Positions 1-8,231 of a DNA stretch of 32,313 bases are shown piece after piece (positions within the stretch are counted from its first letter, which is position 1; every line of letters begins with the position of its first letter). Both the position numbers and the translations under genes were made by a program. This DNA is from Mustelus asterias (Eukaryota), in assembly GCF_964213995.1 (NCBI RefSeq), contig NW_027591989.1, positions 31,688 through 64,000 on the forward strand. The letters run 5' to 3'. The notes beneath the pieces are model-generated. The model saw only the letters and a program-made list of their open reading frames with translations. It made no database searches and was not told where the DNA came from.

Positions 1-322
1 CATTCCCTCGTCATAAATGGTAACATTTTATGACATTTCTAATTAATTGCTGTACCTGTATATTAGCCCCTTTTGATTCATGCCCAAGGACGGCCCAATC
101 CCTCTGTCCCTCAGAATGTTGTGATCTCGCACCATTTAGTTATTAAGTGTATTTTATATTCATCAGGCCAAAATGTACATTTTCACATCCGCCCACATTA
201 AACACAATTTGGCGAAGCTTTGCCAATTCACTGAACTACTTATGTCCCTTCATCGTCCCCTTACATCCTCATCACCATTTATTTTCCAATCTATCGTTGT
301 GTCGTCAGCAAACTTAAAATCC
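1..322 (-). mobile_element. Degenerate CR1/L2-type LINE reverse-transcriptase fragment
   Basis: The minus strand around 298-317 reads taagtttgctgacgacaca (K-F-A-D-D-T, the RT motif), followed by decayed RT-like sequence with no intact ORF. Confidence 0.65.
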
Positions 323-326
323 ATAC

Positions 327-827
327 CTGCTCTGTGACATATCACTGTGTAATCTAACAATTAATCCAGTTCCCCTGGATTACTGCTCTGTGACATTTCA
401 CTGTGTAATCTAACAATTAATCCAGTTCCCCTGGATTACTGCTCTGTAACATATCACTGTGTAATCTAACAATTAATCCAGTTCTCCTGGATTACTGCTC
501 TGTAACATATCACTGTGTAATCTAACAATTAATCCAGTTCTCCTGGATTACTGCTCTGTAACATATCACTGTGTAATCTAACAATTAATCCAGTTCCCCT
601 GGATTACTGCTCTGTAACATATCACTGTGTAATCTAACAATTAATCCAGTTCCCCTGGATTACTGCTCTGTAACATATCACTGTGTAATCTAACAATTAA
701 TCCAGTTCCCCTGGATTACTGCTCTGTAACATATCACTGTGTAATCCAACAATGAATCCAGTTCCCCTGGATTACTGCTCTGTGACATATCACTGTGTAA
801 TCCAACAATTAACCCAGTTCTCCTGGT
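327..827. repeat. 56-bp minisatellite, ~9 copies
   Basis: Unit ctgctctgtaacatatcactgtgtaatctaacaattaatccagttcccctggatta starts at 327, 383, 439 ... 775. Copies are nearly identical. Confidence 0.95.
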
Positions 828-898
828 TTATGTTTCCCTGTATCAATGTGTCATGGAACCCACTCCTGATACCGTGATCACACAAACACGGTGAGGGC

Positions 899-912
899 GC
901 TCCCTCTGGTGG
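899..912 (-). promoter_or_regulatory. Putative CTCF-binding site
   Basis: The minus strand reads CCACCAGAGGGAGC, a 13/14 match to the CTCF core CCASYAGRKGGCRS. Motif match only. Confidence 0.4.
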
Positions 913-961
913 TGATCTGAGGTAAATGGCCTCTGCTTGGGAGATCAGTGAATTCTCAGAC

Positions 962-1055
962 TACTGGAGGATCTTGTTGCAGGAATACACTGCTGTATTT
1001 TTCTTAGGAATAAGAAAAATACAGCACCGTAATCCTGCAACAAGATCCTCCAGTA
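962..1055. repeat. 94-nt near-perfect inverted repeat (hairpin, MITE-like)
   Basis: 45-bp arms (962-1006 and 1011-1055) with 3 mismatches and a GGAA loop. Confidence 0.9.
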
Positions 1056-1066
1056 ATTATAAATTG

Positions 1067-1428
1067 CCCCTCTGGAACTTTTGTATCTCTCCCCTCTCAC
1101 CTTAAACCTATGCCCTCTGCTTTTAGACTTCCTTATCTTTGGGAAAATATATTGACTATCCAGCTGATCTGTGCCCCTCATTATTTTATCGACCTCTATA
1201 ACATCACCCCTCAGCCTCCTACGCTCCAGAGAAAAAAGTCCCAGTCTATCCAGCCTCTCCTTATAACTCAAACAATCAAGTCCCGGTCGCATCCTCGTAA
1301 ATCTTTTCTGCAGCCCTTCTAATTTAATAATATCCTTTCTATAATAGGGTGACCAGAACTGTACACAGAATTCCAAGTGTGACCTTACCAATGTCTTGTC
1401 CAACTTCAACAAGACGTCCCAACTCCAG
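1067..1428 (-). mobile_element. CR1-type LINE ORF2 C-terminal fragment
   Basis: Translation SWDVLLKLDKTLVRSHLEFCVQFWSPYYRKDIIKLE...LFSLERRRLRGD...SRGHRFKV is the typical CR1 RT C-terminus. Confidence 0.9.
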
Positions 1429-1611
1429 TGCTTATCTGAAATACGGCTGAAGGGGAAAATTATTAACCAATTTACAATGTTTTTGACAGAATACATAAGA
1501 CACTACAAACAAAGAGTTAAATGATTCTTGAAACAAGGATAATAAGGGAATGAAACAAATACTTTACAAATATGTGGATGCAATAAGAGAATTAAATAAA
1601 TAACTATGCTT

Positions 1612-1804
1612 ATCTTAGAAATCTTAGAAACTCTACAGCACAGAAAGAGGCCATTCGGCCCATCGAGTCTGCACTGACCACAATCCCACCCAGGCCCTAC
1701 CCCCATATCCCTACATATTTTGCCCGCTAATCCCTCTAATCTACGCATCCCGGGACACTAAGGGGCAATTTTAACCTGGCCAATCAACCTAACCCGCACA
1801 TCTT
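1612..1804 (-). mobile_element. 5'-truncated shark SINE (HE1-like, CR1-derived tail)
   Basis: Nearly identical to the SINE at 3593-3892. The minus strand has the tail gatgggccgaatggcctctttctgtgctgt followed by a short terminal repeat. Confidence 0.8.
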
Positions 1805-1984
1805 CTTATGTTCTCTGTTCACTTTTTTTCCATGTTATTGTCTGGAGTTGTGGATAGTAATGGCTGAGGCTCCAATAAATACCCTCAGCTATCAGGTACT
1901 GGCTTTCGAATTGAAGCCGATGTTTCTGCCTCAGGGGCACAGACGCGATCCACTGTGACACAGGAGTTCATCTCTTAATATCAA

Positions 1985-2472
1985 AGGAGGTAGAACAGAG
2001 ACCGAGCTGAGGTGCTCAACATCATGTGGTTTTGTTAAAGTAAATCGCATGTCACAGTTTCCGCCGGCAGAACTTTGGAAAAGACAAGCGTCTACTTTAG
2101 GAGGTGAGAGTGCAATGGAAAGATGAGATTCATTGATTACTCTGCGATTTGTTAAACTTGGAAGATGGTCATCGGATCCCGACAGTGCAAAAGGAGGCCA
2201 TTCGGCCCATCAAGACTGCACCGACTCTTATCTAGGCCCTATCCCTGCGGTGTCGAAAGAGATGGCGGAAGAAGAGATAACAGTAAGTTTCAGAAGGGAA
2301 TGGGAGATAAGTTGAAAGCAGAAAAGTGCAGTCACTGTGAGAGATGCGGGGTTTGAAAGCTGAATTGAAGAATTCTGTAATTCTGAATTCTCCACGTCAA
2401 TTCTGAATTCTGTCAGGCAAAGATACCATGGGCCGAGTGGCCTCATCTCCTGCATTGATACGCTATGTTTCT
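1985..2472 (+). mobile_element. Highly decayed LINE 3' remnant, with a short antisense SINE/LINE tail at ~2180-2245
   Basis: Ends in a CR1/SINE-like tail (atgggccgagtggcctcatctcctg...ctatgtttcta) and contains the antisense motif aggccattcggcccatc. Boundaries are approximate. Confidence 0.35.
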
Positions 2473-2585
2473 ATTTTGTTCATGTCCCTGGCCCCGTTAT
2501 GCTCCTCCCTCTCTATTTCTTCTCAGTCACTTGGACAGTGAGCAGGTGCAGAATGGTGACAGATTCCGGAGATGGAAGTCTCGCT

Positions 2586-2745
2586 ATTTCCGTTCCGGGT
2601 GCAGCTGAATCTGCCGCACACTTCACTCAATATTTTGTCTACTGCATCCCCGCCCACGACTTCCGTTTTCTGCTCTCACTCTGAACCTGTTGTGTGATTG
2701 GACGGATTGCTGCCGCTGCTCCATTCCTCTCATTGGTTGGATCAG
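2586..2745 (+). promoter_or_regulatory. V1 promoter (ETS-like sites, GC box, two inverted CCAAT boxes)
   Basis: atttccg 2586-2592, ccccgccc 2648-2655, cttccg 2660-2665, ATTGG 2697-2701 and 2732-2736. The ETS-like and CCAAT motifs are retained upstream of V3. Confidence 0.5.
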
Positions 2746-2820
2746 CAGTGCAGTGGAACAGTGTCTTTCTGTCTCTGACAGGATTTCACTCATTGCAGAG
2801 TTACAGACTCAGGAAGCATC

Positions 2821-3318
2821 ATGGTGAACTATCTCACTCCGATCCTCATCATTCTCTCACTTCTCAGTAAGTATTTTCTTCCCAGTAAAACTACAAGCTC
2901 CTCCTGACTGCTGTAACCCAGATATTCTTGTTGATAAAACAATAGTGATGATGATAATTGTATCGTTTAATCTGACGCTAACTCTGATTGTCATATTGCT
3001 GTTGTTTCTGTTAGAATGGAGTCACCAAGACGAAGTGGAACAATTGGATCCTGTAATAAAGGTTAAAGAGGAAAATGATGTCACACTAACCTGCACTTTG
3101 AAAACAAGCGATTCCAGCCCTTATGTGTACTGGTACAGTCAGCAGCCCGGGAAAGCTCCAGTGTACATGTTTCAGCTTATTGGAGAGATTGTGCAAAAGA
3201 ATCCCGACCTCAATGATCGGTTTTCTTCCAAATTTGATAAAAAGAACAAGACTAGCGAGCTGACGATCAGTAACACACTGATCTCTGACAGCGCCGTGTA
3301 CTTCTGTGCCATGGAGCC
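2821..3318 (+). CDS. TCR alpha/delta-type V gene segment V1 (leader exon 2821-2866, intron 2867-3014, V exon 3015-3318)
   Basis: Leader MVNYLTPILIILSLL with a phase-1 GTAAGT donor and ttAG acceptor splices in frame to KWSHQDEVEQ...VTLTC...VYWYSQQPGKAP...DRFS...LTISNTLISDSAVYFCAMEP. Canonical C23/W41/C104 are present and an RSS follows. Confidence 0.92.
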
Positions 3319-3358
3319 CACACTGCTGCAGAGATATAGCGATTGCCGTGCAAAAACC
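3319..3358 (+). promoter_or_regulatory. Recombination signal sequence of V1 (23-type, 24-nt spacer)
   Basis: CACACTG (3319-3325), 24-nt spacer, GCAAAAACC (3350-3358). Confidence 0.85.
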
Positions 3359-3592
3359 CCACACTGGCAGTTCCAGTTAGTGCCCAGCAGGGTGCGCGCG
3401 CACACACGCGGGTAATTCAGTTTCCACAGAGAGAGTGACAGAGATTCTTAACATTGCAACAAAAGACAACACTCAAAAACAGCAACTGGTGTGGTCCAGT
3501 TGCAATTACATTAGTTAATGGTCGGAACTTACATTTGCAATATCGATCTGAGATACTGCAACACCTTTTTTTTTCGTTTTCGATGCCTTTCT

Positions 3593-3892
3593 CATAGAAA
3601 TCATAGAAACCGTACAATACAGAAAGAGGCCATTCGGCCCATCTAGTCTGCACCGACCACAATCCCACCCAGGCCCTACCCCCAGATTCCTACATATTTT
3701 ACCCGCTAATCCCTCTAATCTACACATCCCAGGACACTAAGGGGCAATTTTAGCATGGCCAATCAACCTAACCCGCACATCTTTGGACTGTGGGAGGAAA
3801 CCGGAGCACCCAGAGGAAACCCACGCAGACACGAGGAGAATGTGCAAACTCTACACAGACAGTGACCCAAGCCGGGAATCGAACCCAGGTCC
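3593..3892 (-). mobile_element. Shark tRNA-derived SINE (HE1-like), 5'-truncated
   Basis: Pol III B box GGTTCGATTCC on the minus strand (3875-3885) and a CR1-like tail ending in ttctatgatttctatg. Absent from the matching position in the right arm. Confidence 0.85.
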
Positions 3893-4304
3893 AAACATCA
3901 CTGATGAGGATTTCACTTTGTACTGAATCACTTACTAATCCGATACTCCTGGTGCAAGAATGCTGGTCCGCAGTGTGGAATGGACATTCAGCTGCCTCTC
4001 ATATAGAGAGGCAAAGTTACAGAATTTCCAATTTGACATTGTTATTGAGTTGAGCTCCTTGCAGATAAATCCTAGCGGTCACCACACTGCCTATGGTAGC
4101 CCCACCCACAGTTTTCCTGTGTTGTTCGCACTCTGACCCGTCTCTCCTTTGCTGTTTTCTTGGATATTTCATTGGAGATATTGATCTTTGTTGCTTTTCC
4201 CTGTTTGGCACTGATTGGATCAGCAGTCCAATGGGGAGGCAAGCTATATTTCCACTCTGAAAGAGGATTTGACAGACTGCAAAATTACAAATTGAGAGAA
4301 CATC

Positions 4305-4536
4305 ATATGGAAATATCTCAGACCATTCATTGTTCTGTCACTTCTTATCAGGTAGATGTTTTGACTAAAAAATCATCCTCCCCCGCGCTATAGCTGATAT
4401 CCCAAACATGATTAATAACAAACTGCTTGTTATGTTGCTGTGAGGATGGATATTGTCATTCTCCATGTCAGAACAGAGCCATCAGGACTCAGGGGACCGG
4501 TCGGTTCCTGAAATGACGGTTGAAGGGGAAAGTAAT
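4305..4536 (+). pseudogene. Truncated TCR V pseudogene of the V1/V3 family (leader, intron and start of V exon)
   Basis: 46-nt leader starting ATA instead of ATG (IWKYLRPFIVLSLLI) with a shifted donor. Acceptor AG at 4470-4471, then QSHQDSGDRSVPEMTVEGESN, which aligns with V1 WSHQDEVEQLDPVIKVKEEND. Upstream 4100-4300 resembles the V1 promoter. No Cys23 and no RSS. Confidence 0.75.
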
Positions 4537-4584
4537 CCCCTGTCGTGGGATGATCAACTTTACTTTGTTCCTTTCGTCCCTCCG

Positions 4585-4722
4585 CCAATAGGATGAATTG
4601 CAGATAAAGGAGCTGTGAGGTCATTGGTTGAACTGAAGAACATAGGAGATTGAATCCGATTGGATGTCATCTGATGACGTTTTCAACAGTAAACCAATCA
4701 ACAGGGAGCCGGATATGACTCA
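4585..4722 (+). promoter_or_regulatory. V2 promoter (CCAAT boxes, CRE-like and AP-1 motifs)
   Basis: ATTGG 4659-4663, TGACGT 4675-4680, CCAAT 4694-4698 and TGACTCA 4716-4722, lying 80-140 bp upstream of the V2 ATG. CRE-like motifs are known from TCR V promoters. Confidence 0.5.
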
Positions 4723-4798
4723 CCCTTTTCCCAACTCTTGACTGACACAAATTCAGGTTCAACCCGTTCTGGTCAAATTCACCGCGAGCTCTGCAATC

Positions 4799-5673
4799 AT
4801 GTGTCTTGTTACTTTGTATTTATTCCTCACAGCGGCAGCTCTGTTAATCGGTAAGTTCACAAGTTGCTCACTCTGTGTTACACACCATTACCACACACTA
4901 TATTCTGTCGGGCTGTTTGCTCAATGCAAGGGTGTTGATCAGGGAATGGATTGATCACAACATCGAAAAGTTATTTCGATCTCTCTGGTCTCAACACTGA
5001 ACACTGTTGGGATTGGGCACATTTCCCCCAGGGATTGATAGAGAATGAGTTGGGCTCAGATTCCAGCTCCTCTGATACCAGTGAATCACTTTGGCAAACA
5101 TCACATTTCAAACAGACCGTGAGCAGTTTCCAGTTACAGGGACTGAAGACGAGGAACTGATCTCGTTAGAAAGAAGAGAATGTTTATGGTGGAAGTTTTA
5201 TTTAATCGCCACAAACGTCTTCCCAATCCAGTCACTGAACTGTGAAAAATATGTTTCTGTTTTGCTCTCTGATTTCTCTCTGAGATTATTTTTGCCGATA
5301 ACGGGCAAATTCTGGGAAAACTGAGTGAAATTGCAATGTTTAATTTAATATTTCTTTGGATTCTTACAGGACATTCCCGAGGAGATTCTGTTTCACAGAC
5401 AGCGGCTGCAGTCACTGTCACTGAAGGAGATGATGTTCGGTTGCTCTGTAATTACACAACTACAAGCAACAGCTTTGATCTTTTCTGGTACCGTCAGTAT
5501 ACCAGCGGATCCATGGTGTATCTCCTGCAGACAAATAAATACTCCGGAAACACAGGGAGATCCAAAGGGGACCGTTTTTCAGTAGAACTCAATGATTCAA
5601 CCCGCACAGTCCCTCTGAATGTGTCTAAAACAGAGCTGGCAGACTCCGGGGTGTATTACTGCGCACTGAGACC
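4799..5673 (+). CDS. TCR alpha/delta-type V gene segment V2 (leader exon 4799-4850, intron 4851-5369, V exon 5370-5673)
   Basis: Leader MCLVTLYLFLTAAALLI with a phase-1 GTAAGT donor and ttacAG acceptor. In-frame GHSRGDSVSQT...VRLLCNY...LFWYRQY...DRFS...LADSGVYYCALRP, with a typical TRAV/TRDV 3' end. Confidence 0.93.
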
Positions 5674-5712
5674 CACAGAGACACAGAGCTGGGCTGAACC
5701 TGTACAAAAACT
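5674..5712 (+). promoter_or_regulatory. 23-RSS of V2
   Basis: CACAGAG (5674-5680), 23-nt spacer, ACAAAAACT (5704-5712). Confidence 0.92.
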
Positions 5713-5785
5713 GTCAGAGCCTCACTCATCCTCTTGGCGGAGAGACGAAAGCAACAAAGTGAATTTGGTCATCCCACTACAGGGG

Positions 5786-6017
5786 ATTACTTTCCTCTTC
5801 AGCCGTCATTTCAGACAACGACCGGTCCCCTGAGTCTTGGTGGCTCTGTTTCGACATGGAGAACGACAATATTCATTCTTACAGCAACATAACAAGCAGT
5901 TTGTTATCAATCATGTTTGGGGTAGCAGCTATGATGCGGGGGAGGATGAATGTTGAGTTGAAACATCTACTTCATAAGAGGTGATGGAATAATGAATGGT
6001 CTGATATATTTCCATTT
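5786..6017 (-). pseudogene. Truncated TCR V pseudogene, inverted copy of 4305-4536
   Basis: The leader starts AAA instead of ATG (KWKYIRPFIIPSPLM) and the acceptor AG is changed to GA. The exon remnant reads QSHQDSGDRSLSEMTAEEESN. Confidence 0.72.
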
Positions 6018-6642
6018 GATGTTCCCTCACTTTTTAATTTGTAGTCTGTGAAATCCTCTTTCAGACATGGTGATATATCTTACCTCCCCATTCAACTACT
6101 GATCCAATCAGTGCCAAACAGGGAAAAGCGGCAAAGATCAATATCCCCAATAAAATCTCTAATAAAACAGCAGAGGTGAGACGGGTCAGAGTGAGAACAG
6201 CACAGGAAAGCTGTGCGTGGGGCGACCACACGCAGTGAAGTGACAGCTAGGATTTATCTGTAAGGATTTCATCTCAATAACAATGTCTCATTAGAAATTC
6301 TATAAATTTGCTTCTCTGTAAGAGCGGCAGCTGAATGTCCATTCCATACTGCGTCCGAGCAGCCTCGCACTAGGAGTGCCAGGGTTAGTAAATGATTCAA
6401 TACAAAGCGAAATCTTCATCAGTGAGGAGGATGGAAAGTGGGACTGAATCGCTGAGCAGACGAATTGGGGAGGTTCCGAATGGATGTACAAGGTGTCAGA
6501 AAAAGCTTTAAATTCTTACGTTAAAGACTAGAAAAGTGAAATGTGCACAACTCCCATAAATCAGTAAATACAAGAACGTGTTTGGAATAAATAGGCTGGG
6601 AAAGGTATCGAAAGCCAAAAAAAATGTGTCAATGTATCTCAT

Positions 6643-6693
6643 ATCGATCTGTCAAATCGATCTGTCAAATCGATCTGTCAAACGATCTGTCAA
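6643..6693. repeat. 4 x 13-bp tandem repeat at the LINE 5' junction
   Basis: atcgatctgtcaa three times, then acgatctgtcaa, directly abutting the CR1 insertion. Confidence 0.9.
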
Positions 6694-7234
6694 ATGAGAC
6701 CACATTTGGAATATTGTGTGCAGTTCTGGTCACCTCACTATAAGAAGGATATGGAAGCGCTGGAAAGAGTGCAGAGGAGATTTACCAGGATGCTGCCTGG
6801 TTTGGAGGGTGGGTCTTATGAGGAAAGGTTGAGGGAGCTAGGGCTGTTCTCTCTGGAGCGGAGGAGGCTGAGGGGAGACTTAATAGAGGTTTATAAAATG
6901 ATGAAGGGGATAGATAGAGTGAACGTTCAAAGACTATTTCCTCGGGTGGATGGAGCTATTACAAGGGGGCATAACTATAGGGTTCGTGGTGGGAGATATA
7001 GGAAGGATATCAGAGGTAGGTTCTTTACGCAGAGAGTGGTTGGGGTGTGGAATGGACTGCCTGCAGTGATAGTGGAGTCAGACACTTTAAGAACATTTAA
7101 GCGGTTATTGGATAGGCACATGGAGCACACCAGGATGATAGGGAGTGGGATAGCTTGATCTTGGTTTCAGATAAAGCTCGGCACAACATCGTGGGCCGAA
7201 GGGACTGTTCTGTGCTGTACTGTTCTATGTTCTA
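6694..7234 (+). mobile_element. Young 5'-truncated CR1 LINE (ORF2 C-terminus and 3' UTR)
   Basis: Uninterrupted 154-aa frame RPHLEYCVQFWSPHYKKD...LFSLERRRLRGDLIEVYK...TRGH...FFTQRVV...WNGLP and a (tgttcta)2 tail. TGTCAA on both sides (6688-6693 and 7235-7240). Confidence 0.93.
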
Positions 7235-7437
7235 TGTCAATCTTATTTCAATTGCAAATGTAAGTTACGATCATTAGCAAATGTAAATGTGCAACTGAAC
7301 CACACCAGTTTCTGTTTTTGAGTGTTGTGTTTTGCTGCAATGTGAACAATCTTCCTGTCACTCTCTCTGTGGAAACTGAATTACCCGCGTGTGTGCGCGC
7401 GCACCCTACTGGGCACTGACTGGAACTGCCTGTGTGG

Positions 7438-7477
7438 GGTTTTTGTACGGGATTCGCTATATCTCTGCAGCAGTGTG
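7438..7477 (-). promoter_or_regulatory. Recombination signal sequence of V3 (23-type, 24-nt spacer)
   Basis: Minus strand: CACACTG (7477-7471), 24-nt spacer, perfect ACAAAAACC (7446-7438). Confidence 0.88.
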
Positions 7478-7982
7478 GGCTTCATAGCACAGAAATAAAC
7501 GGCGCTGTCAGAGATCAGTGTGTTACTGATCGTCAGCTCGCTAGTCTTGTTCTTTTTATCAAATATAGAAGAAAACCGATCATTGAGGTCGGTATTCCTT
7601 TGCACATTCTCTCCAACAAGCTGAAACATGTCCACTGGAGCTTTCCCGGGCTGCTGACTGTACCAGTACACATTAGGGCTGGAATCGCTTGTTTCCAAGG
7701 AGCAGGTCAGTGTGACATTACTTTCCTCTTTAACCGATATTTCAGAATCCTGTTGTTCCACTTTGTCTTGCTGGCTCCATTCTAACGGAAGTAACAGCAA
7801 TAATGACAATTAGAGTCAGCCTCAGATTAAACGATGCAATTATCATCAACATCGTCACTGTTGTTTTAATAACAATAACATCTGGGTTACAGCAGTCAGG
7901 AGCAGAATGGAGTTTTATTGGGAAGGAAATACTTACTGAGAAGTGAGATAATGATGAGGATCGGAAAGAGCTGGATCCCCAT
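7478..7982 (-). CDS. TCR alpha/delta-type V gene segment V3, inverted paralog of V1 (leader 7982-7937, intron 7936-7782, V exon 7781-7478)
   Basis: Leader MGIQLFPILIIISLL with GTAAGT donor. In-frame KWSQQDKVEQ...VTLTC...VYWYSQQPGKAP...DSAVYFCAMKP. 27 differences from V1 in 304 nt by hand count. Confidence 0.92.
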
Positions 7983-8069
7983 GATCCTTCCTGAGTCTGT
8001 AACTCTGTAGTGAGAGAAATCCTCAGTCAGAAACAGAAGTAAAGATCCCCGTCCCACTGCACTCCTGAT

Positions 8070-8231
8070 CCAATGAGAGGAATGGAGCAGTGGCAGCAAT
8101 CTGTCCAATCGGGTCGGAGTGAGAGCAGCAAACGGAAGCTGTGGGCAGGGTTACCACAGGCTCAATATTGAGTGGGGTTTGCCGTGACTCTCAGCTGCAC
8201 TGGATGCTGTGGGAGCGGAAATAGCGGAAAT
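8070..8231 (-). promoter_or_regulatory. V3 promoter
   Basis: CCAAT at 8070-8074 and 8105-8109, cggaag 8133-8138, and a duplicated cggaaat (8216-8222, 8225-8231). These mirror the V1 promoter motifs. Confidence 0.5.

Larger units (their letters stand above)
2478..4596 (+). repeat. Left arm of inverted segmental duplication (pairs with 5726-8323)
   Basis: Colinear reverse-complement similarity across promoter, leader, V exon, RSS, 3' flank and pseudo-V. Roughly 80-90% identity by eye, 91% in the V exon. Confidence 0.9.

Noticed and set aside
327-827. CRISPR-like array (repeats with an internal palindrome)
   Set aside because: The units are contiguous with no unique spacers, there are no cas genes, and the context is vertebrate.
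825-900. Possible J or D segment (GGTTTATGT...CAATGTG followed by a gtgag donor)
   Set aside because: The spacer is only 10 nt and there is no FGxG motif or second RSS.
2945-3014. Hydrophobic N-termini of ORFs 2945, 5336 and 7809 as single-exon signal peptides
   Set aside because: They are read-through of intron polypyrimidine tracts, and proper leader exons with consensus splice sites lie upstream.
3360-3480. Extra heptamer-like motifs after the V1 RSS (CACACTG at 3360, CACAGAG at 3425)
   Set aside because: There is no nonamer at 12- or 23-nt spacing.
2821-7982. NAR-TCR, IgNAR-like or Ig-like (TAILV/IgHV) V segments
   Set aside because: All three V genes have their own leader, only the two canonical V-domain cysteines and TRAV/TRDV-like ends (CAMEP, CALRP, CAMKP). 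Alpha versus delta cannot be settled without phylogeny or cDNA.
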